Shown: positions 12,798 to 24,700 of the stretch, piece by piece
Layout: the number at the start of each line of letters is the position of its first letter
How positions within the stretch are numbered: position 1 is the first letter of the stretch
Source: Phoronis australis
Lineage: Eukaryota; Animalia; Phoronida
Direction of reading: 5' to 3'
Length of the DNA stretch: 64,000 nt
Assembly: GCA_002633005.1 (NCBI GenBank)
Contig: NMRA01000137.1
Location: 744,001-808,000, forward strand
Notes under the pieces: generated by a model
Databases searched by the model: none
What the model saw: only the letters and a program-made list of their open reading frames with translations
What the model was told of the DNA's origin: nothing
Made by a program: the position numbers and the translations under genes

Positions 12798-15700
12798 CTG
12801 AAACATCAACAGAACTTTTAGATGGCAATTCACAGTAAATACATTCCTAGAAACAAGATGATCACTATCAACAAGAACAATGTAAAAATTGATGAATCGA
12901 AGTTTTAAGTTGACAATTTTTGGTCCAGCGAAAGAGTATGTGATGAGCCATTAAAGCAAGATCGAGTGCACATCCCAGGCTCACGACTAGTTTGAAGATT
13001 GTGTTGAGACAAGTGTGTATTTCAATGCCGAGTCTTGCTATGACTTCACTTTTTGTCAGAAGAAGCAACTGAACTCTATTATAAGGCATGTTAATAGCCT
13101 TGCACAACTGTATTATGTCCCTGGTAGAGCTCACAGACAACATTTACGACATGCTTATCAGTCTCAGCCTTTTCATTATCAAAAGTAAAATGACATTACC
13201 TGACAAAGACTTCGGAAGATTCCCTTCTGGACATAGACAAGTCTTGAGCGCCCTCTACGTCACCATGACTGTCTGCATTGTTGAGAAATGGGAGATTGCT
13301 CTCGGCTAGCGCTGCCTGCGAAGAGCAGTCAACATATACGATAGGTCAACAAAAACAGCATAATTTGTTCAGGGGGTCCATTTCATGAAGAAAACTCAAG
13401 ACTTCAGTCAGAAATTTTGCTTTTCCCTCAACACAACTATTTCTAAAAAACAAAAAAAATTTATTTTTTCTCACCTCAGCAAAACAACATCAAGATCTTT
13501 GAAAATACACTTGCCATTTTTAGCTGCTCAGATTATTTTCGTAAGCTATTTCCAAACTGTGAGATGCTAACAATCACAAAAACTTTGCTAAGTAGTAATT
13601 AAGAGGGAGGATAAGTCAAAATTTCTGACTTAAGCCTAAAGACACTTTTTCTGAAACAGACCCCTGGTCTGTGTTTTCTAGAAGTTGCTGCAGTGATTCA
13701 GCGTGCTTTCCTGTCCCTATTTCCAAAACAAAAATCACACGATAACAGCTGGAATGGGCCAGCCACCTTTTTTCTTTAACAAAGAGTCACAGGTTTCAAA
13801 ACGTTTCGAGCATAGACCAGAACAAATAATGCTTTTTTCTGGCCTAATAGCAATGATGAAGGATTAAAACATAACTTTTTACTATACAGTGATAAGTCAA
13901 CATGGTCACAGAGTTTGGCATGCATGTAAGTTTCATAATCCATAAAGCTCTTTTCAGAGGTTAAAATGTTCACCATTTATCGCTGTACACTGAGAATGAA
14001 AACTGTTTCGTTCGAAAATGTTTGATAAGCATTTTGTGCCGTTGTGCAACCCAGAGGTGTGTTTTGTATCCAAGAAACTAGCCAAAAGCAGGATCAGACC
14101 CAACTATGCAAAATCACCCTAGTGAAAGGTGAACATTACATAACTGTGATCAGGAGCTTACGTACTAGCCACAGCTTGGAATGACCCACAACAAAAAAGA
14201 GGAAAAATTTCCAGGTGATGTATAGTTCTACTTGGCCCTGTCCACTGTCTTACTTGTGCACAACCTACCCCAGCTCTTGCCTTTATGTATAAGTAAGCAA
14301 CCAGGACGTAATATCCACTGAACGCCAACACTTACCCTAAGACTAGCATTAAGCCTCTCACCAAACAAAGAGGTGGGACTAGGCTGTAGTGATGGACTCT
14401 TGATCTGCAAACTCCTGTAGACAGATTCAGTGGGACTTTCCTCACTGTAACAAAGATACGAAACAGGGAACATCAACGGATGTTTGTAAACAAAATAATT
14501 GTGTTTACAGTTCTGTCACATCAAAGTGATTACCAAAGCATTCGGACAAGTACTAAAATCTCCATGAAACCGGATGCCACAATGGAAAACTACAGACAAA
14601 AATATGAATTGAATGCAACACCATCTACGGGGGTTTCATGCTGTAACACGTTTCGACAATGTTTATTCGGTTGCTGTTTCACTTTAATCCCTTGTATCAA
14701 AATTCTCGAAAACGTAGTAAGGGATGTCTTGGTGTAACAAGGCTCTTGGACTAGGTCCCATGCTGAGAACGACCAACATGGCTCCCTTCTGACGTGTCGT
14801 ATCAATGTTCTAACATTACTTAGAAAGGAAGGTTGGCTGTACTATCAAGAACAGAATGAGGTCAACTCAGTGACCTTAACAGAATACCGCTTGGACTCTG
14901 CTCGGACACAGCTAGATATCTATAAGGTCACACCTCACGTACGGTACATCAACAGCGTGGACACCAAACATATTTGTCTTTGTAATACGCTGCTCATGGG
15001 ACAAGAAGTTGTTATTCTCACATCATAAGCCAAGCGTGTTGTCAATCCTTCACATGACGGCGGCCCAATTTTCGAAAACTGGATCGGTGATACGATGCGT
15101 TTTTCTACCTCCGAATGAGGAGATAAATCTGGGATTTAATAATTTGCCAGGCCTAGTTGATTCACTCACCCGCTCATCTTTTGAGGTCTTCTCTTGTAGA
15201 ACTCCACCTCATCCACCGTCCACACCGCCCCCTTCACATTCTCAACCCTCATGAAACACTTGTGTAAGCTTAGGTTATGTCGCACAGCGTTCTGAAACGG
15301 GAAAATTTAACGCAAAGAGATTAATCTTTAAGTATCATAGTTTTCAAAGAGACAGCTGGATTTTTCGAGAAGGAAATCACAATTTTTTTAGACAATACCA
15401 TGCTTTCAGCATTTTAGTTTTGACTTAGACAATGAACAAACGATTTTTCAAAGATGCAGAATTACTACTTCATTATTGACTCTATAACAATTAATCTCTT
15501 ATTTTGCAATTTTTATTGTGAAAATTGTAATTTTTCTATTTTTCAAAGCCTGATTACCACCTTCCTCCAAATAATGGAAGCTTTACCAAAGCTTTATGAC
15601 ATAGATTATTCAATCCTAGCTAATAGACGATTTGGGTTTTGTCGAAAATTTGAAAAAATAAACTTTCACTTTCCGGTCATAATGTGTGCTAATGGGTGAA

Positions 15701-18700
15701 GAATTACTGAATGTTTTAGCATTGCCTGACAATTGCTCAGTAGACTAAACCCAGGTCACAAGATTTTATTCCATCAGCTGAAGCGCAATTAACTGGAGAT
15801 TGACCTCAATACATCTGGGCCCAGGGTCTAACCTTTTAAACAAAACCAAACTTGAAAATAAAGTTGGCATTTATCATTCTCTTTTCATACAAACTTAAGA
15901 TAATTATCTATTATGATATGGCATGAATTTTGCAAACCATCATGTAGTCCAAATCTGTAATCAGGATTTCGAGTAAAAACTCGATATTCCGCATCCAGAC
16001 TCGACCTCATGGCTTTAAAGGCGAAGGCAATCTTTTTTTCTTATCATTCTCAATAAAAATTACGTTTGTTGATTATCACAGACACATTTTTCAGCTAATT
16101 ACAGCTTCTCGTTAAGTAATTAATTACTTGTGTCATACTCCGGAAGTGACGTTTTGGGAGTCAAGAATTACGCTCTTTTTCTTTTAATATAGTCTGACTG
16201 TGTGAGTTGTCGAAACAGTCATTGTTCTACCTCGGTTGTGATAAGTTCGGACGTTGTTTGCTTTAAATTTGTTTATGAGTCAGTCAACATGTCGCACAGT
16301 TGCTACGTACCGGGATGTACTCATTATTGTCTCACACGCACTAAGGGTGTACCATTACATCGCCTTCCAAAAGAAGACACACTTTGCCGCACTTGGCTAG
16401 TTCGTGTGAAGAACATAGCGTCCACGCACTGTACAAAGCAGTGGAAAATTACCAAGTGTGTGGCAAGCATTTTCTGCCATCGGATTACGAAAGAGATGTG
16501 TACGCTTAATCGATGAAGGTCCCTGCAAAACAATGCCTGAAGAAGGGGGCCATACTGTCGCTACTGATTCCCGGCAGTGACCCGTCGCCATCCCCAAGAT
16601 GTGTATTTTTGAAGCGAGAAGCCTCGCGAGCTGTAGCCACTAAAGTGACTGGAAGCACTTCATCTACTGTCACCCGTGCCTCTGAACGTACCCCAGAGTG
16701 TGCAATGCCGGAAACTAGCAGTAATTCGCCGAGTGCTGCTGTCTCCAGCCCAGAGCCTGTAAGCAGCCCTGCAGTGATGTTGAGTAGTGGGAGTGAATGC
16801 AGGCCCAGTTTGACACCCACTGAGCAGCCTAAAAGATGGGGAGCTCGAACTCTTGAGAATGTGAACATCTTACTAAAAAGGGTACATTCAATGTATTGTG
16901 CATTTGCCGAATGTTGGTAGTTCTTGCCTTTTTAGTGGACCTCTGTTTTCCATTTTTTCAGACTAATTGTTTCTCTGAGGCGGACCTTTTGCCCACTTCG
17001 CCAAATGGGGGGGCTGTGATATAGGGTCGCCGACTCCAGCCATTTTCAAGTTACTACAAACTAAACAATCCCCAAATCCAGACAAATTGAGTTCTCTAAC
17101 AACCTGGCTTGTCGCAGAATACTCGTCGATGGAAAGTGGTGACAATTTTAGAAAAACAACACGAAAACAACAGTAGTATAGATCCTCACAGTAATCTCGA
17201 ACACAGAACCAAATTTCGCATAATTCTTGACTTCCAAAACGTCACTTCCGGAGTAAAAAGACGAGTAATTAATAAAATTACGAGAAGCTGTAATTAACTG
17301 AAAAATATGTCTGGGATAATGAAGGAATCTCACTTTTACTGAACATGACATGAAAAAAGGTTTCCTTCGCTTTTAATGCTAGAGTCAGCAAGTGCAAAAT
17401 AGGATCATGCAAGCCTCAAAGGAAACGATGATATTCTTAAACACAGTTCATACACAAGTAGAACATATGTTAACGTAATTTTGAGTCCGATTTCAAGTTA
17501 AAAGGTTATATCCTCAGCCATGATCAGACTTTCAACAAAACACATTAAGAAATATGATAGTGTTGAAGATCTACAATCGTGTCAATGTTTTCACTACAGT
17601 AACTGGTCTAGTAACAACGCCATCACCAAGGCACATTCTCACCTCGAATATTTTATTTAATCAATAGGAAATGTATATCAAAATATGAAAAAATTACATT
17701 CACACTTTCGAATTAGCATAATTGAAGAGGAGATTGATGCTGCTTTTGCTTCCGCAGTTTTCAGCAAAAGGGAATCGATGCTAAATCTGTATGAACAATA
17801 AGACGAAAATAGCCACCCAGGAAGCAATCACAATAAATAAATCTCCCAATACAAGCATTACAGCTGTTCAACTGTACAGTATCCTTCATATAAAACACTC
17901 TTCATTCGTAAATCATCCCTTTCCACAATACCTTCCACGTAGCCTCGTTGCGACGGAAGTACATGAATGTGCTTTGAAACCATTGGTAGATCTCATTTAG
18001 AGTCAATTGGTGATTGGGCGATTCCACTATAGCCTGGTAAACAGAAACGACTCATCACGAAGCTGACCACTAATACAAGGGGAGCTAACTCCCACATCAG
18101 ACAGTCTTTCCTCTTTCACGGCAAATGAATTTCACTGAAGAATTTTTTTTCTGGACGTAAAGAGTTTGAAATTCCCGAACATTTCATAAAACAATATTTA
18201 GTTGCTTGAAACTTCCAGAGAATTCAGTGCCAATCATTTTCTTTTTTAATTGTTTGATGAAAAGAAAACACTGAACGCCATTCTCCCACTGTGAAACCAC
18301 TTCAAGAATGTCGCAGATTATGCTGTTTGGACAAAGACTGTCATGGAGGAATTAGCTCAGTGTTTTATAGAAAACACTGCTCGTACCTTCCAAGTAGCTG
18401 CGTTTTTCCTGAAGAAGGCAAAAGTGTTTTGAAACCAGAGGTATATTTCATTGAGTGTAAGCTGCCGCTCTGGCGATTCAAGAATTGCCTGCAAACAGAA
18501 CACATGCTGGGTGTCACAACGCACTCTCAAAGTTAGAAAAAATATCTGATTCAAAGAATGATATTTCACATTAGTAAACTTTTTCTAATATCAAAAACAG
18601 TGTTTATTAAAAACCTACTTGAACAGAAAATGATGGAGTCCCATAATTTCTAACTTTCAAGAAAGGATAATTTCTGCCATTTACTTTAATACACAACAAA

Positions 18701-21700
18701 TGCTCAACACCGGAACATATTGTGCAAAACGGATAATACTGTAATTTCTTGATGCCTTTGAGAAATGTTCAGCACTTCTGTTGATCATGTGTCTTAGAAT
18801 TTTATTGACACAACAAAACACCTTTGATAATGTTTGGCACGTTTGCTCATAATGGGACTTAGTCAAACATAATGATTCCAAATTTATTGACATAAAACGC
18901 CTGTGATAAGGTTCAGCACACCTAACAATAAACATGCTGGTCAACGTCATGCCAACGGTGTATGGTATAGGTGCGAGGACAGTGTGTGTGACACCAAACA
19001 TGCGGTCTCAAAACTCCGACCAGTCTCAACAATGTTAGAACAACACAGAAAGTTAAGAAGTTTACTGGCTGTAGGAAGCAAGCATTTTTTAGGAACAGTA
19101 CATGGTTTCCTGGTTGAGAAGTATCAACACTTAACACAAGAGTAGATTAAAACCACTGAAAATACTATGACATGAGAGGAACGAATTGATGCATCGAAAC
19201 CAAACAACGCAACATAAGTGTTGGAAAACACAAGTTGAAGTGCAGCTATGCTACATAAAAACATTCATCTCTAACTATTTGACAGGCCAATAAAAACAAT
19301 GACTATCACCAAAACGAGCTACGCTGGCAAGACTTTACCATTCATGTTAGTGTACAATATCATTAAATGAGAGAGAGCAAAGTGTGTTCAAATAATTGCT
19401 AGGTACCAACTTAAGCCATGATGACTAAAACATAAACGTGGAAAAGTCCCGATACATCGGCCTGAGCCAATAAGCATTTGTATGTAAGTCACGTGACACT
19501 CCATGCAAGCTAATAAGCAACTCACCTGACGAATCAGTGAGGCGTACGTGAATGGCGGCCTCACATCCGTGGTTTTATAGAAATCTCTGTTCCTTTGGAT
19601 TTCTGCAAACAGAGGGCAGTAAGGTTACTAGCCAAGTTCATGACCAACTGTCAAACGTCCTCAGAACAATCAAACAATTGACAGTGAGACACCACGGAAA
19701 CCTAAGTGATGTCAACAATGACAAGCAATAATAAAAAGCGTGGAAGAGTTGGACAAGCAGAGAATATATCAAGATTTCATAAGGAATCCGCAGTAGAGCA
19801 CCAAAGATGGAGTAAACATAACTATGAAAGGACTACAGTTGCAGTGCTCGATGCTTAGGTTGACGGCAACTCACATTTGGTGACTTGGCGAAAATCCCAG
19901 GCTGCCAAACGAAATCTGAGGTTGCCGTGACCTATGCTCAAATCGTTGACTCAAAAAAGGTTGCACTGTACCCTGTTCTCAGGAACTTATGTATACCTCT
20001 TCAATTTTTTTTCTGGGAAAGGATATGCGCCATTCAATCTTAAACTCAATTGCTCCTGCCAACAAAGATGGAATGCAGATGATTGAATACAGTGCAGACA
20101 CCTTTTTCAACAGATTTTTGCTGAACAATCCCGACTTCCACGTTTACTTCCTGTTGTAATTTAAGCATGTGTTTGATGTGTGCCGACTGATGAGGGTGCC
20201 AAAGGCATCGATTTCACAAAATAAACAGAACAACTATGAAACAAAGGTATTAAATCTATGAAAAGTGTTTGCAAGTCACTACAAACTTTGAAATGAATTT
20301 CGGGAGAATTATTGTCTGACTTTGATACTCGCTGTGGTGACAGCGGCAACTTGGGTTTTTCCCAGGTCAAAACAGACTGAGATCGCATTGGCAACCTGTT
20401 GGATGCCAAATTGAGCATTGACTTGTCAGAGGTATTTGGTATTCAACAATTTGAAATGTTATCACAAACAAATCGGAACTCACCAGCTGATATTGGAAGA
20501 TTGCACTTGTCGGACACACGCCGTCTGATTGGTCCACTTGCTCCGCTACTGCTGTCAGAGTCCTGACGATGACGGGACATAGGCGACTTTGGAGTGGACG
20601 TAGGCGTGGCTGGGGTCGACGCCATGGTGACGGCCAATAGGTTGGTCAGAGACTGGGGAGGGGCGGTGGGAGTGGAAATGACTGGCACCTGGGGTACACG
20701 GCTGGTTGCCGGGGGCGACTGGAAAATTTTGAATAATGGGATTTAAAAAATATTGATGAAAGTTCATGCTATTGGGAAATGCTCATTTTAAGGCATCATA
20801 GCACTAAAAAAATCAGGGAATAAACGTAAAAGAATTGCGAACAGATTCATACACACAAAATTCCCAATACATTGATTCTCAGGAGATGGAGGGAAAGAAT
20901 GATTAACAATGAATTCAAACCCACGACAAAAAAAAATCTTGCACGCACCAAGCCCACTCAAAGTGTGACGACGATGCATTTCAGGCCAACACAACTTTAA
21001 GGGAATTATTCCCCAGTACACCATAGAATAATAAATTGAAGGTAAATATTTCTCAACCACTGAGACAAGGCTTATACTCAATACACAGTGAGAGCGCCCC
21101 TTAACTACTGGCACCAGAGCAATCTCACCTGGGGTTCACGCTTAGGCTCGGCCTGAGGTTTCATATGAAGATGGTGCATCATAGCTTGCAGTCTATCACG
21201 TTCTTTGGTCAACTAGAAATATACAAGGGCAGCTTGATAAACTTTCGTTTCAGACTATGCTATGTTTCATCTGTTTGCAAACTATAACATTTTTATGTGA
21301 TCCACGAAATAGACTTCTGATGACATGTCTCAAAACACTGTTGGTTTTAGTCATCACTTTCTTTACAAACGAAAGCTATCACCAGCGATCTGTTTCATCA
21401 AAATGACATAAGATTTAAGACAGAATTTTGGTTTTACATTCACATGTCACAATTGGTGAATACAAGTTTAGTCAAGTATTCATTAATGAATCACAGCCTA
21501 GTTATAACCTATAGGAAAATCTTAGTAACAAGCAATCACGCGTATATTCACAGTCTTTGCACTTTTGCTCAAGTGAGATTTAATTATTTTTCACAAATAG
21601 CTGGGTGGAGCATAAGACCATTCTCAAGTCTATAGAATTAACTAAAGGTAAATCAGTCAATATGGCACACGAGTGGAATTTTCATCATAAAAATTAATCA

Positions 21701-24700
21701 CAAAGGTAAAGAATTCAACTTAGTTTTTACCATTTACAGCCATCAGCAGGCAGTGTTTGATACAAATTTGAGCGCTTGCAGCTATGGAGTTAAGCTTCAA
21801 AAACTGAGAAATAGCCGTTGTAGCAATTCAGTTCACAAGTCCCAAATTGAGCAGAGGTACATAGAAAGTGAGCGATGTGTTTCGTTAAGATTATCAACAT
21901 CTCCTACAACTAACCGGGCAGACCGCCTTTCACTCTATCCGTAGAAAGACACGACAGCTATCACAAGGGTTCGAGCTGGCTACTAATACTAACACACCAT
22001 TATCCTTTCACAGCCAAATGTGCAAAATACAGCAACCACGGAATGACCAAAAGTCCTCAACTAATCTATGGGTGACCAGTAGAGTCAGCGGTTAAAAGTT
22101 CACAGGGATCTCGCGGGAGTTCACAACAATTAGGGGGAAAATTGATCGACGTTGCACCAATTAAACACAAACCACTGCCATATGTATCAGCTCCCAAAAC
22201 ATTGATCCGCGGTATGTACACTGACAAGCAGAACTAACAAGTTGTTCTCACTATGAGGCATGCAACAAATAGGTGGCGCTAGTGTACCCAACAGAAATAT
22301 CAACAATCAGGTATTGCGTGGACCGTTGTCACACCAAGATCCTTAAGCTGATAATCTACTTTGTGCTCTCAATCTAGAAAAAGGGTCCTTTCTTCGTCAG
22401 CGCCACCTACTAAATACCAAATCTCCCACTGGTCAAGTCAATTTCGTAGCACCAGACCAGGGTTGCAACAGCAATCCAACAGGAACTACCACATTGATGC
22501 TTCCATATCTAAACTGTGGAAGGCTTGAATTTAAGCCAAGAAGTGCACAACAGCTGATAGAATTAGTGACAAACATCAAGAAACATCCTCAGGGGCTAAT
22601 TGTCACGAGTTCGAACTTGTTCCACTGTTTTACATCGCATACAGAAGTCAAATTCATCACCACGAGTCAAAGCACTCCTCAGAGAACGGTGTTTGTTTGA
22701 TGTAAATCGATCACAGGTCATGGAGATGATATAATATATCCTTAATACACTACCAGTAATGCTAGGACCTACGCTAGGACCTCACTAAAATTTGGCGTGT
22801 TCTTATTTAAAATATCTGGCAATATCTCCCGTCATCTCACGAAGTCTAGCTATTGAGTGAGGTCCAAGTGCTACTGAACTCTACCCAATAAACAAGTATT
22901 GCATAAGGGCCACAGGAGGTCAACATAACACTATAACAACAGGCAAGAAATCCGGAGATTTGGAGAAAAATCAACTACAGCACAGGATATGAATACCAGG
23001 GAAACCCAGCGCTACTGTTTCAAAGAGTAACTTTTCAGATGTAATACCCGACCATGAATTCCATGCCACACACTACAGCATACTTGACCGTTTTTTAACA
23101 CACCACATGAGACAACTCCAACACAAACATTTGGGGTCTTGTTATCCCAACGCCTAATCGAGCCTAAACCAGACTGACTAACCCAGCCTCATCGATTCAC
23201 AGAAATGCTCCTGGCTTACCCCGATGCTGAAGAAAACCTATTCGCTAATTTCTTTCATAATGCATTGATTTTAAAAATTCAAAGACAGCTATTTTTTACT
23301 TATCAATTTTAAAAACAGTCATGTTGGTTGTTTGCCTTATTTATTATTTGTTTTTTGATTTTGAAACTCGCTCACTAAACAGGCGTGTTGGTTTACAACC
23401 TCAATTATCTCACCCAACACATTCAGACAAGCCCATGAATAGTGACTAGACTACTTCAATCCGTGACGGTACCATCAAGCCTTTGATTTGCCGAGAAATT
23501 TGCTGGATACTCTAGGGGTAAACAGTGCATGCTTTCTCCTCCACTTGTGTGCATATCTTGTTGGCGTAAGATTTGCCTAACGTATGCCTTTAAGAAATTG
23601 AAAGCAAAATTCCCAAAGTAACATGCACATTCGCGACATTCATCGATTTTAAATACAAATTTTGAGTCTGTCTTGGGTAAGGTTACCTGGCTGCAAATCC
23701 ACACATCTTACTGTTACCATCTTATATCACACCTGTAATCGTCAACCTACCTGTACCTCCAACTGGGTGACTACTTGCATCTGTACGCGTGCCTGCGCCG
23801 TGCTGCGATCGTCCAGCACATGTTCAGTATTCAGGTGCCTGGAAAAGCACGATTTTCAAGTTAGTACTTACATATATCCTTCAATATTCAAAAGGCTTTC
23901 CCTTAAACGTATCAATTTTATATTGTTTCTTCCATTCTCACGAACATGGTAATATGATATAAATGCAACTTTTCATGTCCATTTTCATTTTGTCCATAAC
24001 TTTTGTATCATTTTTCCTTTTCATTTGAGGTAAGGGCTTTCGATAAGCTGTATTTCCGTTGTCCACACAAATATAAAGAAAACAGCTTTACGAAATTGTT
24101 ACACTCAAGAGATCATTTTGAAAAGGCAGATGATATGTGTAGACATAAAGAAGAGCTAATGATAAGAAAATGCTGTTCTTTCAAATAAAAATACAATCAC
24201 ATAATTGGGCCTGAGTCCAGAAAAGTTGTTACTTTTTAACTGTACTTGAAAATGTGCACGTACTTAAGAAAACTTGCGTAGTCTTCTGTGGCCGTGTCAC
24301 ATCCTGGCCATTTGCACAATCCATGCCCATAGAGAGGGTTGGACGGTTCCTCTGCTTTCATAGCTAGGCCCGCAATCAACGGATTCATGAGACCTCCCAG
24401 GGGACCTAGAGAGCCTGTGGTAAATGGGTAAAGAAAACAGAAAGAATTACAAACTATGGAAAACTCTTTAAATGTTACCAAATCCTTGTTTAGTCAAACT
24501 ATTACCATACATTAGCTCCATATACATCACCTTAATCGTTGAAACAAACTGATATATAAATATGGACCAATGCCGCAGGGGATATCTTGTCATATGGACC
24601 CAGGGAGTGCAACACTGTTCTCCTGAGGTCCATATGAGCTGGTATGCCGGAGGAATTGGTCAAAATTTGTTTTATTGTATAACCACCGACATTTTGCTTC

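Noticed and set aside
12505-12828. ORF 12505..12828 as the FoxP last exon frame
   Set aside because: The phase-2 junction selects a different frame (DEPQDEE...), ending at 12605.
16202-16920. Functional domesticated THAP gene nested in FoxP
   Set aside because: Frameshift before the last Cys/His ligands, an in-frame stop, and intact transposon ends.
14415-17931. Insect/FOXP1-ES-type alternative copy of the [13 protein letters not shown] exon
   Set aside because: Searched by eye on the - strand and found no second copy; a highly diverged one could have been missed.
17932-18488. Duplicated forkhead exon as an assembly artefact
   Set aside because: No N nearby, flanking introns are unrelated, and divergence is far above allelic level and biased to synonymous sites.
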